Below, in pieces: positions 1-9,628 of a stretch of 64,000 nt of DNA (the first letter of the stretch is position 1; the number at the start of each line of letters is the position of its first letter). The position numbers and the translations under genes are program-made. The stretch lies in contig JBAXKC010000006.1 in the NCBI GenBank assembly GCA_037137535.1, forward strand, positions 1 through 64,000, given 5' to 3'. Source of the DNA: a bacterium. Lineage in GTDB: Bacteria > Cyanobacteriota > Vampirovibrionia > Gastranaerophilales > JBAXKC01. Below the pieces are notes generated by a model. The model saw only the letters and a list, made by a program, of their open reading frames with translations, ran no database searches and was not told the DNA's origin.

Positions 1-25
1 TCCGTTTCTACTATACATTTTCTCG

Positions 26-873
26 GAGGTTTACACAAAATTATTTATGGATTCAATTCGTCTAAGCATCAAATGCAACATTGATATGTAAATCTTATTT
101 TCATGACTGATAATTGTAATCTTTAGAGTTTATTCGATAGTTGTTTAGCCAGGCAAAAGTTCTTTTAACTATCCAACGGAAAGGTGAAATTTCAAACGTT
201 TTTGACATATGGCTTACAATTAGTAACATCCAATTGAACCAATGTCTTGTATACTCAATAAGTTTGCCTGAATAGCCTTTATCTGTAAAAATCAGCTTTA
301 ATCTTGGTATTTTATCTTTCTTTTTCCAAAACATAAGTTTTGCAGCAACACTATCATGGAAATTGGATTCATGAATGATTACTGAGTGAATAAAACCAAG
401 TGTATCAATAAGTAAATGCTTTTTACGTCCTTTGATTTTCTTGCCGCCATCAAAACCTTTTTCTGTTTTTGCAAGTGTTGTTTTTACTGATTGACTATCA
501 ATTATGCACACAGAAGGGTTTTCGTCTTTCATTTTTTTTACGAGCTAAACCCATAATATTATTATGCATATTTTCCCAAGTTCCATCCAATGACCATTTT
601 CTAAAATAATCAAAGACTGTTTTACAAGGAGAAAATCCTTTTGCAGTTCATTGGCAACCTGCTCTCATTCTGTACATTATGGCATTGATAATATCTCTCA
701 TGTCGTGTTTACGAGTACGCCCACCAGCTTTTGTTGGTGGAATATATTCTTTTAAAATTTGCCATTCTTTGTTTGTTAAATCACTCGGATATGCTTTATT
801 CATTGTAATTGAGCCTATACTTACATACTCGACAACAATATGACATATTTTTAATTGGTTTTCAGACAGCTTC
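26..873 (-). mobile_element. Decayed IS5-family (IS1031-like) insertion sequence, about 850 bp
   Basis: Transposase remnant inside. Candidate terminal inverted repeats GAAGCTGTCTGAAAA (minus strand, 859-873) and a degenerate GAGGTTTACACAAAA (26-40, only 9/15 match). Confidence 0.7.
31..803 (-). pseudogene. IS5-family transposase pseudogene
   Basis: Reads MNKAYPSDLTNKEWQ...RAGCQ then an in-frame TGA at 648-650 and a frameshift at the A8 run (532-539). It continues as IIDSQSVKT...GGKKIKGRKKH..DTLG..DKGY..RWIVKRTFAWL (ORF 101-532). A second frameshift precedes the IYISMLHLMLRRI tail ending at TAA 31-33. Confidence 0.9.
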
Positions 874-969
874 TATAAGGCTATAAGCTTTTGGGGTATG
901 AAATCAACTCTTAACTTTTATAAAATAGTGAATATTGTTTAATAAATTCTTTGAAAGTAGAGATTTTCT

Positions 970-1686
970 ATGAAGAAAAAGCTTGATCAGAAACAAGAGA
1001 TTAATGAGAAGAAAAAACAGCTAATTGAATTAACTACCAGGTTTTGTGATGAAAAACTTGATGAAGAATATAAGAATTTGTCAAAAAAACTTATTGAAAA
1101 AATGTCCAGAAAAAGACAGGTCTCTTTTTTATCAGGAAGAATAGAAATTTGGGCTGCTGCAATTATTTATGCTGTTGGTAGCGTTAATTTTCTATTTGAT
1201 AAAAGTACCAAACCTTATGTAAGAGGTGATGAAATAAGCTCCTATTTTTGCACGAGTAGTAGTACCGTTTCTCAGAAAGCCAAAATTATACGTGATATGT
1301 TTCATATAGATCGTTTTAGTACAGAATTTTTGACCGAAACAAGAATGAAAAGTTATGAGGAAATTTTTAAACCATTTGCTGATTTGATGATGTTGGAAAT
1401 TTCAGAATGGAGGCAGAACATGGGAAAAATAGAAGAAATCACTGAAAACCTCAATCCTTTATTGGATGAACTTATTATAGAAATGAAAAAGCAAAAAATG
1501 TCTTGCATTAAAGCACTTAATACAAAGGGATATGAAGTTATTATAAAAAAGCAAAATTATAAAATGCCAGATTTTCCACCACCAAAATGTTCAGAGTGTG
1601 GATATCAGATGGACTATAATGATTGGGACGAAGAGGAGTGTCATACATATTTTTGTCCAGAGTGTGGCGAACCAGTTGAAATATAA
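970..1686 (+). CDS. DUF6398-like protein with C-terminal zinc ribbon
   Basis: RKRQVSFLSGRIEIWAAAIIYAVGSVNFLFDKS resembles DUF6398; C-terminal CSECG...CPECG. Confidence 0.65.
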   Translation: MKKKLDQKQEINEKKKQLIELTTRFCDEKLDEEYKNLSKKLIEKMSRKRQVSFLSGRIEIWAAAIIYAVGSVNFLFDKSTKPYVRGDEISSYFCTSSSTVSQKAKIIRDMFHIDRFSTEFLTETRMKSYEEIFKPFADLMMLEISEWRQNMGKIEEITENLNPLLDELIIEMKKQKMSCIKALNTKGYEVIIKKQNYKMPDFPPPKCSECGYQMDYNDWDEEECHTYFCPECGEPVEI

Positions 1687-1749
1687 AATGATAGTATTAA
1701 TCTTTTAAATTTTTCTCAAAATACTTTGTCACTTTATAGCTATACATAC

Positions 1750-1782
1750 AAAAAGTCCTTTGACATATTAGCCAAAGGACTT
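1750..1782 (-). terminator. Intrinsic terminator after tRNA-Gln
   Basis: AAGTCCTTTG/CAAAGGACTT stem with T-run on the minus strand. Confidence 0.7.
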
Positions 1783-1797
1783 AATTGTTCTATAGAG

Positions 1798-1869
1798 CTG
1801 GGGCGAAAGGATTCGAACCTCTGAATGCCGGTACCAAAAACCGGAGCCTTACCGCTTGGCGACGCCCCA
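1798..1869 (-). tRNA. tRNA-Gln (anticodon TTG), CCA not encoded
   Basis: Minus strand TGGGGCGTCGCCAAGCGGTAAGGCTCCGGTTTTTGGTACCGGCATTCAGAGGTTCGAATCCTTTCGCCCCAG; anticodon arm CCGGT-TTTTGGT-ACCGG, T-loop GTTCGAATC. Confidence 0.96.
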
Positions 1870-1947
1870 TCATTTGATTGCTTGCGTCTATATGATTATT
1901 ATATTAAAACCTTATAATAAATGTCAAGTATAAAATGATAATTTTTT

Positions 1948-1982
1948 AAAAAAAATTGCCCGCATAATTTAATGCGGGCAAA
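1948..1982 (-). terminator. Intrinsic terminator of ychF
   Basis: TTGCCCGCAT/ATGCGGGCAA stem, T-run on the minus strand. Confidence 0.8.
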
Positions 1983-1988
1983 ACTTAA

Positions 1989-3086
1989 TTATACTGCGAA
2001 TCTAAAGTGAACGATATCACCGTCTTGCATAACATATTCTTTGCCTTCAAGTCTTGTAACGCCTTTTTCTTTTGCGGCGTTATGTGATCCTGCTGCAATA
2101 AAATCATCATAACCTGTAACTTCTGCCCTAATAAAGCCTTTTTCCATATCGGAATGGATTACACCTGCTGCTTGAGGAGCTTTATCACCTGCAAGAATGG
2201 TCCATGCTCTAACTTCTTTTTCTCCGGCTGTAAAATATGTTCTTAATCCTAAAAGATCATAAGCACTTTTAATCATTCTTTCGATTCCTGAGCCTTGAAC
2301 ACCTAGATCATTTAAATAATCTCTAGCTTCTTCAGGAGAAAGTTCTGAAAGTTCTGCTTCAATTTGAGCACTGATTACAACTACTTTTGAGTTTCTTGCT
2401 TTTGCATATTCATTGACAAGCTCTACATATTTATTAGTTCCTGCTGCCATTTCATCTTCTGAAATATTAGCCGCATAAATAACAGGCTTTGTACTTATAA
2501 GCTGTGATTGTTTAACAAAAGGAATTTCTTCCTCACTAAAATCATCATAAGAAAATGGTTTGCTATCGCCTAGAATTTCATATACTTTTTCAAGCACTTT
2601 ATCTTCTAATTGCGCAGCTTTATCACCTGACTTAGACTGCTTTCTTAATCTATCTCTTCTTTTTTCAATACTTGCCATATCAGCTAGAGCCAATTCGGTA
2701 TTTATTGTTTCTATATCATCAATTGGATCAATTTTTCCGCTTACATGAACTGTATTTTCATCTTCAAAACATCTTACAACGTGAATAATTGCATCAACTT
2801 CACGAATATGTCCTAAAAATTGATTTCCTAAACCTTCGCCTTTGCTTGCTCCTCTTACTAAGCCTGCAATGTCAACGAATTCAAATGCGGTTGGAATTAC
2901 TTTTTGTGTTTTTACAATGTCTTGTAGTTTATAAGCACGCTCATCAGGTACGCTTACAACGCCAACATTTGGTTCTATGGTGCAAAATGGGTAATTTGCA
3001 GATTCTGCCTTACGTGTTGATGTCAACGCATTAAAAAGAGTTGATTTTCCTACATTTGGCAATCCCACTATTCCAGCTCTAAGCAC
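1989..3086 (-). CDS. ychF: Redox-regulated ribosome-binding ATPase YchF
   Basis: GIVGLPNVGKSTLFNAL, ANYPFCTIEPN, DIAGLVRGAS, C-terminal TGS domain (LEGKEYVMQDGD); GTG start. Confidence 0.97.
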   Translation of the reverse strand: MLRAGIVGLPNVGKSTLFNALTSTRKAESANYPFCTIEPNVGVVSVPDERAYKLQDIVKTQKVIPTAFEFVDIAGLVRGASKGEGLGNQFLGHIREVDAIIHVVRCFEDENTVHVSGKIDPIDDIETINTELALADMASIEKRRDRLRKQSKSGDKAAQLEDKVLEKVYEILGDSKPFSYDDFSEEEIPFVKQSQLISTKPVIYAANISEDEMAAGTNKYVELVNEYAKARNSKVVVISAQIEAELSELSPEEARDYLNDLGVQGSGIERMIKSAYDLLGLRTYFTAGEKEVRAWTILAGDKAPQAAGVIHSDMEKGFIRAEVTGYDDFIAAGSHNAAKEKGVTRLEGKEYVMQDGDIVHFRFAV

Positions 3087-3211
3087 TTTTATTTCCTTTC
3101 TGAATGTTTTTTAAAATTTAACTAAAATCTTTATACCATAAAAAGAGCTGAAAACCTTTAAAAACTTGAATTTATATGAAATATACTACAATTGTTTAAT
3201 CCTAATTATTA

Positions 3212-3233
3212 ATTTAGTTCTTAAGAACTAAAT
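3212..3233. promoter_or_regulatory. Perfect 22-bp palindrome, candidate operator
   Basis: ATTTAGTTCTTAAGAACTAAAT between the divergent ychF and kinase genes. Confidence 0.5.
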
Positions 3234-3292
3234 ATTAAAGCACTTTAAATGTTATTCTTTAGATAAGTAGTTTTAAAAATCAGGTAGATTAA

Positions 3293-4984
3293 ATGTTAAA
3301 ATTTTCAAGATACTTTTTTATTATCTTTTTAATTATGACGATTACCCCTTTGTTATTGATGTTTTGCTGGCATGGATATCAAATAGAACAAGATATGCAT
3401 AAAAAAGAGGACGGATTTTTTAATATTGGATTTAAACAATTAGAATATGCTACAAATGATTATTTGAAAATCCAGGAAGAAAACACACAAAGAATTATTG
3501 ATAATTTACCCAAAAAACTTATTAATCTTAATCAATATAAAAATATATTTGATGCTGATAATGCCTATTTAATAACATCTGATAATAAAATTATAGGGAC
3601 GTCAAAACCGCCATTAATATTAAACAAGCTAAAATATCAAAATACGCGTAAAATAATCGGCTCATACGAATTATTAACTGATAATAAAAACGAAATTGTT
3701 ACGGTTATCGACGTGCCATTTAATCAGGATAAATATAAAAGACTTATACTTATTGATAAAATTAATTTCAATAAATTATATCCTCATGGACCTTTTAATC
3801 TTGAAGTTTATTCAGGCTCAAAAATAGAATCAAATAAACTTATTACAACGATAAAAGATCCCTTTTTAATGCCTCCCAGATCACCATTCAAAAATCCTCC
3901 TTTTGGGCATGAATTTGATAAAATGCCACTAAATCCCCCACCAATAAAAAATATTCCTAGTAAAAAATTAAATATAAAAGACCGTTCTGGAAATACAATT
4001 GCATTGTTATTATTAAAAATGCAAATAATTCAACCACCTATGAATTCGCCATTAAGCTCAATAAGTTTAATAATACTTCTAGGGGGAGCGGTATTTAGTT
4101 TATTATCAGGTTTCTATATAAAACAAAATTTCGTAAATCCTTTTTTACTTATTTCAACAGCTTCAAAAAAAGTCCAAGAAGGCGATTTGTCATTTCAACT
4201 AACATCTAACGTGAAACATAAAGATATTTCTGAAACGATAAAAAGATTTAACAGCATGATTGAAGAATTAAAAGAAAAGCAAGAATTAAGAGTTAGTTTC
4301 ATCACAAATCTCACTCATGATTTAAAAACACCTTTAATCGCTCAAGAAAGGGCTATTGAGCTCATTATAAAAGAATTTGAAAAATTAAATCTTACTGAAC
4401 AACTAAAACTTGCGAAAGGGATAGATAAAAACAATAAACATCTATTAAGAATGGTCAGTTTGTTATTAGAATCATATCACTTTGATTCTAATAACATAAA
4501 TTTAAAAATAACAAATATAAATTTGCATAATTTGATAGAACAATGTTTTGAACAATTAAATTCGTTAGCATCCACTAAAAATATAAATCTCAAAAATAAT
4601 GTTCCTAACGATATAATTTTACAAGCAGATATTAATTCAATAAAAAGAGTGTGTTTAAATATAATGGCTAATGCAATAGATAATATACAAAATAACAAAG
4701 ACGTTAAAATAACTGCAATGAATCAAAATACTAATATTAAAATAATTATTGAAGATAACGGACATGGGATTTCCCCCAAAGACTTAAATTTCTTGTTTGA
4801 CCGATATTATACGGGAAAAAGTGATGAGCGAAAAATAGGCTCAGGTCTTGGACTTTATGTATGCAAACAACTTGTAGAACTTCACAAGGGAAGCATATCA
4901 GTTGAAAGCGAAATTAATAACTTTACTAGGTTTACTATTATTTTGCCCTCAAATTCTAATATCACCATGGAGAAACAATCATGA
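3293..4984 (+). CDS. Membrane sensor histidine kinase (2 TM, HAMP, HisKA, HATPase_c)
   Basis: H-box THDLKTPL, N-box NIMANAI, DNGHGI, GSGLGL; Pro-rich periplasmic segment. Confidence 0.92.
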   Translation: MLKFSRYFFIIFLIMTITPLLLMFCWHGYQIEQDMHKKEDGFFNIGFKQLEYATNDYLKIQEENTQRIIDNLPKKLINLNQYKNIFDADNAYLITSDNKIIGTSKPPLILNKLKYQNTRKIIGSYELLTDNKNEIVTVIDVPFNQDKYKRLILIDKINFNKLYPHGPFNLEVYSGSKIESNKLITTIKDPFLMPPRSPFKNPPFGHEFDKMPLNPPPIKNIPSKKLNIKDRSGNTIALLLLKMQIIQPPMNSPLSSISLIILLGGAVFSLLSGFYIKQNFVNPFLLISTASKKVQEGDLSFQLTSNVKHKDISETIKRFNSMIEELKEKQELRVSFITNLTHDLKTPLIAQERAIELIIKEFEKLNLTEQLKLAKGIDKNNKHLLRMVSLLLESYHFDSNNINLKITNINLHNLIEQCFEQLNSLASTKNINLKNNVPNDIILQADINSIKRVCLNIMANAIDNIQNNKDVKITAMNQNTNIKIIIEDNGHGISPKDLNFLFDRYYTGKSDERKIGSGLGLYVCKQLVELHKGSISVESEINNFTRFTIILPSNSNITMEKQS

Positions 4985-5646
4985 ATATAAACATTCTTTT
5001 AGCGGAAGATCACGAATTAACAAGACAGGGTATTGCTTATGGCCTTAATAAATATGAAAATCTAAATATAATTGCAGAAGCCGAAAATGGACAGCAGGCT
5101 ATTGAGCTGGCTGAACAGTATAAACCAGATTTAATAATAATGGATATTGTAATGCCTATTATCAATGGAATAGAGGCATCAAAAATAATAAAATCAAAGC
5201 TACCTGATACAAAAATTTTAATGCTTACTTCTCATAACGAGAAAGAAAAAGTTTTAACTGCTTTTAATGCAGGTGCAAACGCCTATTGCATGAAAAATAT
5301 AAAAATTGAAAGACTTGCACTAATTATTGAAATGGTAAACGAAGGAGCAGTTTGGCTTGATCCACATATTGCTTCATATGTCTTAGAAATTAATGCACTA
5401 AATATTAAAGAAAATAAAAGTGAAAGTTTAGTATCTCAACAAAAATATAACGATTTTAATTTAACACAGAGAGAAAAAGAAATATTAAAACTGGTGGCAG
5501 AAGGATTAACAAATAAAGATATTGCAGAACAGTTAACTTTGTCACTTTATACGGTCAAAAATCATGTAAGTAATCTCATTCAAAAGTTAGCCGTAGATGA
5601 TAGAACACAAGCAGCTATTTTAGCTTTGAATGAAAGAATTATTTAA
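4981..5646 (+). CDS. NarL/FixJ-family response regulator
   Basis: AEDHELTR, MDIVMP receiver; LTQREKEILKLVAEGLTNKDIA...TVKNHVSN LuxR HTH; ATGA overlap with the kinase. Confidence 0.93.
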   Translation: MNINILLAEDHELTRQGIAYGLNKYENLNIIAEAENGQQAIELAEQYKPDLIIMDIVMPIINGIEASKIIKSKLPDTKILMLTSHNEKEKVLTAFNAGANAYCMKNIKIERLALIIEMVNEGAVWLDPHIASYVLEINALNIKENKSESLVSQQKYNDFNLTQREKEILKLVAEGLTNKDIAEQLTLSLYTVKNHVSNLIQKLAVDDRTQAAILALNERII

Positions 5647-5770
5647 AAATACTTTTGTAAATTAATATTATCATTGATTTAGCTCTTAATTAACATAATT
5701 AATTAGTTAAAATTATGCTAATCTAACCTATTTTTTGATAATTTAATTTTAAAAAACACTACTCAAGCGG

Positions 5771-5933
5771 TTTGCTTCTGTTCTCAAGAATTATTTTGTG
5801 TAAAATAACTCAAAGAGTAATAAAAGAAGCCCTAAGCGGTCAGAGGTTCAATTTTTTTGTTTTTGAGTTATTTTCATTTTCAAAAAATAAAAAGAAAGTC
5901 GATGGCTTCAAACATCGAAATCATTGAGTAATT
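5771..5933. repeat. Dispersed intergenic repeat, copy 1
   Basis: Shares TTTGCTTC, AAGAATTATTTTGT and AAATCATTGAGTAATT in the same order with 58453-58504. Internal 13-bp inverted repeat AAAATAACTCAAA (5802-5814)/TTTGAGTTATTTT (5862-5874). Confidence 0.55.
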
Positions 5934-5990
5934 CCTGATTTTAGTAGGAATAGAAATAACTTAAGAATGATATTTTCTAAATTATTCCCT

Positions 5991-6572
5991 TTATAAAATA
6001 TTTATTCCAAATTCTTTTAAAATAACTGATAATCGTTGAATGGATAAGCCTACAATATTAAAATAACATCCGTTAATTGAGCTTACGAATAGTGCGCCAT
6101 AGGCTTGAATTCCGTATGATCCGGCTTTATCCATCGGTTCGCCTGTTTTTATATAGTTATTTATTTCTTCATCAGTCAATGCCTTGAATGTAACTTTACT
6201 GGTTACAGCTTCTGATTTCATTTTGTTTTCAATTGTGTCAAAAACAGCTATAGCGGTTACGACTTCATGAGTGCGTCCACTAAGTTGTCTGAGCATCTTA
6301 AAGGCGTCCTTTTTGTCAACAGGCTTACCTAGTATTTGATTGTCGATAATTACGACAGTATCCGCTCCAATAATTATTGATGGTGTATTTGTTTTTTTTA
6401 TAACATCTTTTACTTTTTCTTCGGCTAAGGTAATTATTAATTCATTTGAAAAAGCTTTATTCTCAATATCTTCTTCAAAATCTGACTTAATTACTTCAAA
6501 ATCCAGCCCTAAAGAACTTAACAGTTCTCTTCTTCTTGGCGAACCCGATGCCAGAATAATTTTCTTGTTCAT
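5991..6572 (-). CDS. maf: Maf-family nucleotide pyrophosphatase (YhdE type)
   Basis: IILASGSPRRRELL, IGADTVV, LGKP, LSGRTHEVVT, DKAGSYGIQ. Confidence 0.95.
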   Translation of the reverse strand: MNKKIILASGSPRRRELLSSLGLDFEVIKSDFEEDIENKAFSNELIITLAEEKVKDVIKKTNTPSIIIGADTVVIIDNQILGKPVDKKDAFKMLRQLSGRTHEVVTAIAVFDTIENKMKSEAVTSKVTFKALTDEEINNYIKTGEPMDKAGSYGIQAYGALFVSSINGCYFNIVGLSIQRLSVILKEFGINIL

Positions 6573-6583
6573 TTTGTACTCCG

Positions 6584-6628
6584 AAAAAAAACTACTGCCT
6601 TAAAATTAACATAAGGCAGTAGTTTTTT
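6584..6628. terminator. Bidirectional intrinsic terminator
   Basis: AAAAAACTACTGCCTTA/TAAGGCAGTAGTTTTTT. Confidence 0.85.
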
Positions 6629-6646
6629 AAATATTTAAGCTTTTTC

Positions 6647-6892
6647 TCAGATAGGATTTACAGCCCTATTCGGATTAGATGCAAGTTTAGATTTGAATTT
6701 TTGTTCAATTTCTCTAATTTTATCTTTTACACCTTTTGCATGCACCATTGCCATTTGTTGTTGTGCATATCCGTTTGTAATTTCCCAATACCTTGATTGA
6801 GATATGTGTTGAACGTCTTCTACCTTATTTGCTTTAAGGTTTGCGTATTTTTCAACTAAAAGCCTGTCAATGTAGTCTTGTGCTCCGATCAT
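6647..6892 (-). CDS. Hypothetical protein (about 81 aa)
   Basis: ORF with GAGAGGA RBS before ATG at 6892 (track start 6901 is a TTG); followed by a strong terminator. Confidence 0.7.
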   Translation of the reverse strand: MIGAQDYIDRLLVEKYANLKANKVEDVQHISQSRYWEITNGYAQQQMAMVHAKGVKDKIREIEQKFKSKLASNPNRAVNPI

Positions 6893-7260
6893 AATTTCCA
6901 ATCCTCTCTATATATCCCCAACCTCTAAAGGTTCATATATATATAAAAATAATCAACAGTCTTTTATTGCCATGTTTTTAACTATTGTTAAGTTTTTTTA
7001 ATAAAGTAACGGCGGATAAATCAACTTAAAGTTTTTAAAAATTAATAAATTTTCTTATTGATCTCTTATTTTTAATTATAAATTTTAGGTATAGTCAAAT
7101 ATAGCAAGATAAAATTATAATTAATTTTCAAAGTAAAATTTTTGGCTTTATACTAATGTTAGAAAATTGTCTTTTGTTTTTGTTAAGATAAAAATATTCT
7201 TAACAGCTAACAAGCTATTTTGCTATAATTTTAATGTTAAGAGGAAGAGGAGTCTGAACA

Positions 7261-7722
7261 ATGAATAACCTTAAAAAATTATTTGCTTCATTCGTTTTTG
7301 TTGCGGTTACTATGTTTGTCGGTATGGCAGCTAATGCTGATACAATTGGTGTTGTTGATCTTGATAAGATTTTAGCTAATTATACAAAAGCGCAAAGTGT
7401 ATCTGCTGATTTACAAGTAAAAGAAGCAGAATTACAAAAATTTATTGCTGATGCTCAAAAACAATTAAAAACAGCAGCTACACCTTTAGAAAAGAAAAAT
7501 CTTGAAGACAAATTAACACAAGATTTTCAGACAAAAGGTCAATCTTTCAAAGATGAACAGGCTAAACAATGGAAAATGATTGAAGATACAGTTTATAGTT
7601 CAATTCAAACTGTTGCTAAATCTAAAAAAATTGATGTAGTTATTAATGAATCATCTGTTTTAATGGGCGGAATTGACATTACTGATGACGTAACCGCTTA
7701 TTTGAACAAACAATCTAAGTAA
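7261..7722 (+). CDS. skp: OmpH/Skp periplasmic chaperone
   Basis: Signal peptide ending ANA, IGVVDLDKIL, coiled coil, VLMGGIDITDDV; strong GAGGAG RBS. Confidence 0.88.
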   Translation: MNNLKKLFASFVFVAVTMFVGMAANADTIGVVDLDKILANYTKAQSVSADLQVKEAELQKFIADAQKQLKTAATPLEKKNLEDKLTQDFQTKGQSFKDEQAKQWKMIEDTVYSSIQTVAKSKKIDVVINESSVLMGGIDITDDVTAYLNKQSK

Positions 7723-7767
7723 ATAAAATATTATTCTAAAACAGCATAATATTTTAATAGATATATT

Positions 7768-7804
7768 AAATGCTCTGATAAATTAATTATCAGAGCATTT
7801 TTTT
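7768..7804. terminator. Intrinsic terminator between convergent genes
   Basis: AAATGCTCTGATAA/TTATCAGAGCATTT followed by T-run. Confidence 0.8.
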
Positions 7805-7821
7805 AAGTATAGAAATAATAT

Positions 7822-9444
7822 CTATTTTTTTATTAATTTTTCAGCTAAAGAAGATTTTGGCTTTTCTTCTACATTTGCTTCAACCTTAATTCTTCCGTCA
7901 GGCTTTAATTCAAATTCTTTGCCGTTAAATTTCTTTTGAATGAATTCTATAGCTGCATCAGGTTTATCCCAGCTGATTTCTTCAAGAACTTTTTTATCTT
8001 TTAATGAAGAATAGCCTTCTTTTCCTTTAAATAAGAATTCGTCATATACAGCTGTAATTTTGTTATTAGGGTTTGGATTATTTACGTCAATCGGTGTAAG
8101 ACTGCCGTCTGCATTAACTAATGAAACATCTTTTATTTCTTTAAACATATTTACAGTGTATTTCAAGCCGGAAACTTGCATTAATCCAGGTCTGCAATCA
8201 GGATCAATTATTGATTGTGCTGAAACTTTCAGAGAATCAATAAGGTCTTTTTCAGAGATTTCTACTTTGTACAGCTTATTTTTAAATGGTGACAGTTCTT
8301 GAATATTTCTGTTTGTAACAGCTCCTTTTTCAAGCATTCCACGAATATTTCGACTGTTAATAAGAGCAACTTGTGCACCTGACTTCATTCTCATTCCATC
8401 TGTCATAAGATTTGTGAGAGGGTTTTCAGTTCTGTTAATATTTTGAGGATCACAAGTTTCTTTTATCGTTCCGATATTTATAGACTTGCCTAGATATTTG
8501 TCTTTTAGTGCATCGATAGCAGGATCTTTCGGGAATTCTTTAGATTGAAGTAATACGTTATTTGCAGATTTAATTATTCCATCTTTATCAAATTCTGCAT
8601 TTAATATACCGACATTTTCTCCGTCTTTGCCTGTTTGCAGAACTAATACAGGTTCGCCTGATTTAGATTCTACTATGTTCTTATCGCCCTCAAGTCCTTC
8701 CACTTTTGTATGCGAATGTCCGCCGACAATAATGTCTACTCCACTTAGCATCGCCGCTAATTTAAGGTCATTTTCATAACCGATATGAGAAGTTAGAATT
8801 ATTTTATTTATTCCTTTTTTCTGGAATTTATCAATTTCTTCTTGGAGTTTAACTGCTGTTTTTTCAAGATCCATTACCTTTACGCCTTCAAGAAGTTTTT
8901 TGTCGGAAAGTCTTTTTTCGATATCTACAGGCACAGCACCAATAATACCGTAGCTATGTCCGTTTTGTGTTATAACATCAGACTCTACAAGTTTTTTGCT
9001 GTTAAAAGCTTCCTGTAGTGGTTTATTTCCATTTAAATTCAAATTAGATGCAATGAATTTAAATTTTGCTTTGCTTATGTGTTTAGCAAGTGCGCTTACT
9101 CCGCAATCAAATTCATGGTTGCCTAAAACTGAATAGTCAATTCCTATCATATTAAGAAATTCAACCATTATGTTATTTTTAGATTCTTCTTGTCCGATTT
9201 TTATATCGCCACCGGAAAGTTTTAAAGTATCTACGCTTTTATCATTTTGATAAGCTTTTGAAAAGCAGTCAGAAGCATATTTAATTTTATCAAGCTTTGA
9301 CATTTGTCCATGTATATCATTTATGTAAAAAATAGCTGTTTTGACATCTGTATCAGATGTATTTGTATTATTCGCCTGAACCTTTTTTTCATAAAGGTTT
9401 TGCGTTTTATATACAGGTTGATTTTGTATCTGAGAGTTAATCAA
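7822..9444 (-). CDS. 5'-nucleotidase / UDP-sugar hydrolase family metallophosphoesterase
   Basis: NDIHG, LSGGD, LGNHEFD, SHIG, GGHSH plus C-terminal 5_nucleotid_C-like domain. Start reassigned to TTG at 9444 (AGAGGA RBS 8 nt upstream); track start is 9471. No signal peptide. Confidence 0.88.
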   Translation of the reverse strand: MINSQIQNQPVYKTQNLYEKKVQANNTNTSDTDVKTAIFYINDIHGQMSKLDKIKYASDCFSKAYQNDKSVDTLKLSGGDIKIGQEESKNNIMVEFLNMIGIDYSVLGNHEFDCGVSALAKHISKAKFKFIASNLNLNGNKPLQEAFNSKKLVESDVITQNGHSYGIIGAVPVDIEKRLSDKKLLEGVKVMDLEKTAVKLQEEIDKFQKKGINKIILTSHIGYENDLKLAAMLSGVDIIVGGHSHTKVEGLEGDKNIVESKSGEPVLVLQTGKDGENVGILNAEFDKDGIIKSANNVLLQSKEFPKDPAIDALKDKYLGKSINIGTIKETCDPQNINRTENPLTNLMTDGMRMKSGAQVALINSRNIRGMLEKGAVTNRNIQELSPFKNKLYKVEISEKDLIDSLKVSAQSIIDPDCRPGLMQVSGLKYTVNMFKEIKDVSLVNADGSLTPIDVNNPNPNNKITAVYDEFLFKGKEGYSSLKDKKVLEEISWDKPDAAIEFIQKKFNGKEFELKPDGRIKVEANVEEKPKSSLAEKLIKK

Positions 9445-9628
9445 TTTATTTTTCCTCTCTAAACTTTTCATGTATATAAAGTCAAAAAAACAATTTTATT
9501 GATAGTATTTCTGAAATATTGAGATTTTCTTTTACAATGCTTAAAATACGTTAAATGTAGGATAAAAATAATACAAATAATAAACGATAATTAAAGATAG
9601 CTAAAATTAATTAAGCAGTAGTTGGGGA

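Noticed and set aside
532-539. Programmed frameshift giving an active IS5 transposase
   Set aside because: A -1 shift at the A8 run leads to TGA, and there is a separate in-frame stop and a second frameshift, so this is decay.
9563-9590. Sigma-28 promoter TAAA-N16-AACGATAA upstream of 9629
   Set aside because: Single imperfect match in AT-rich DNA; not enough to call.
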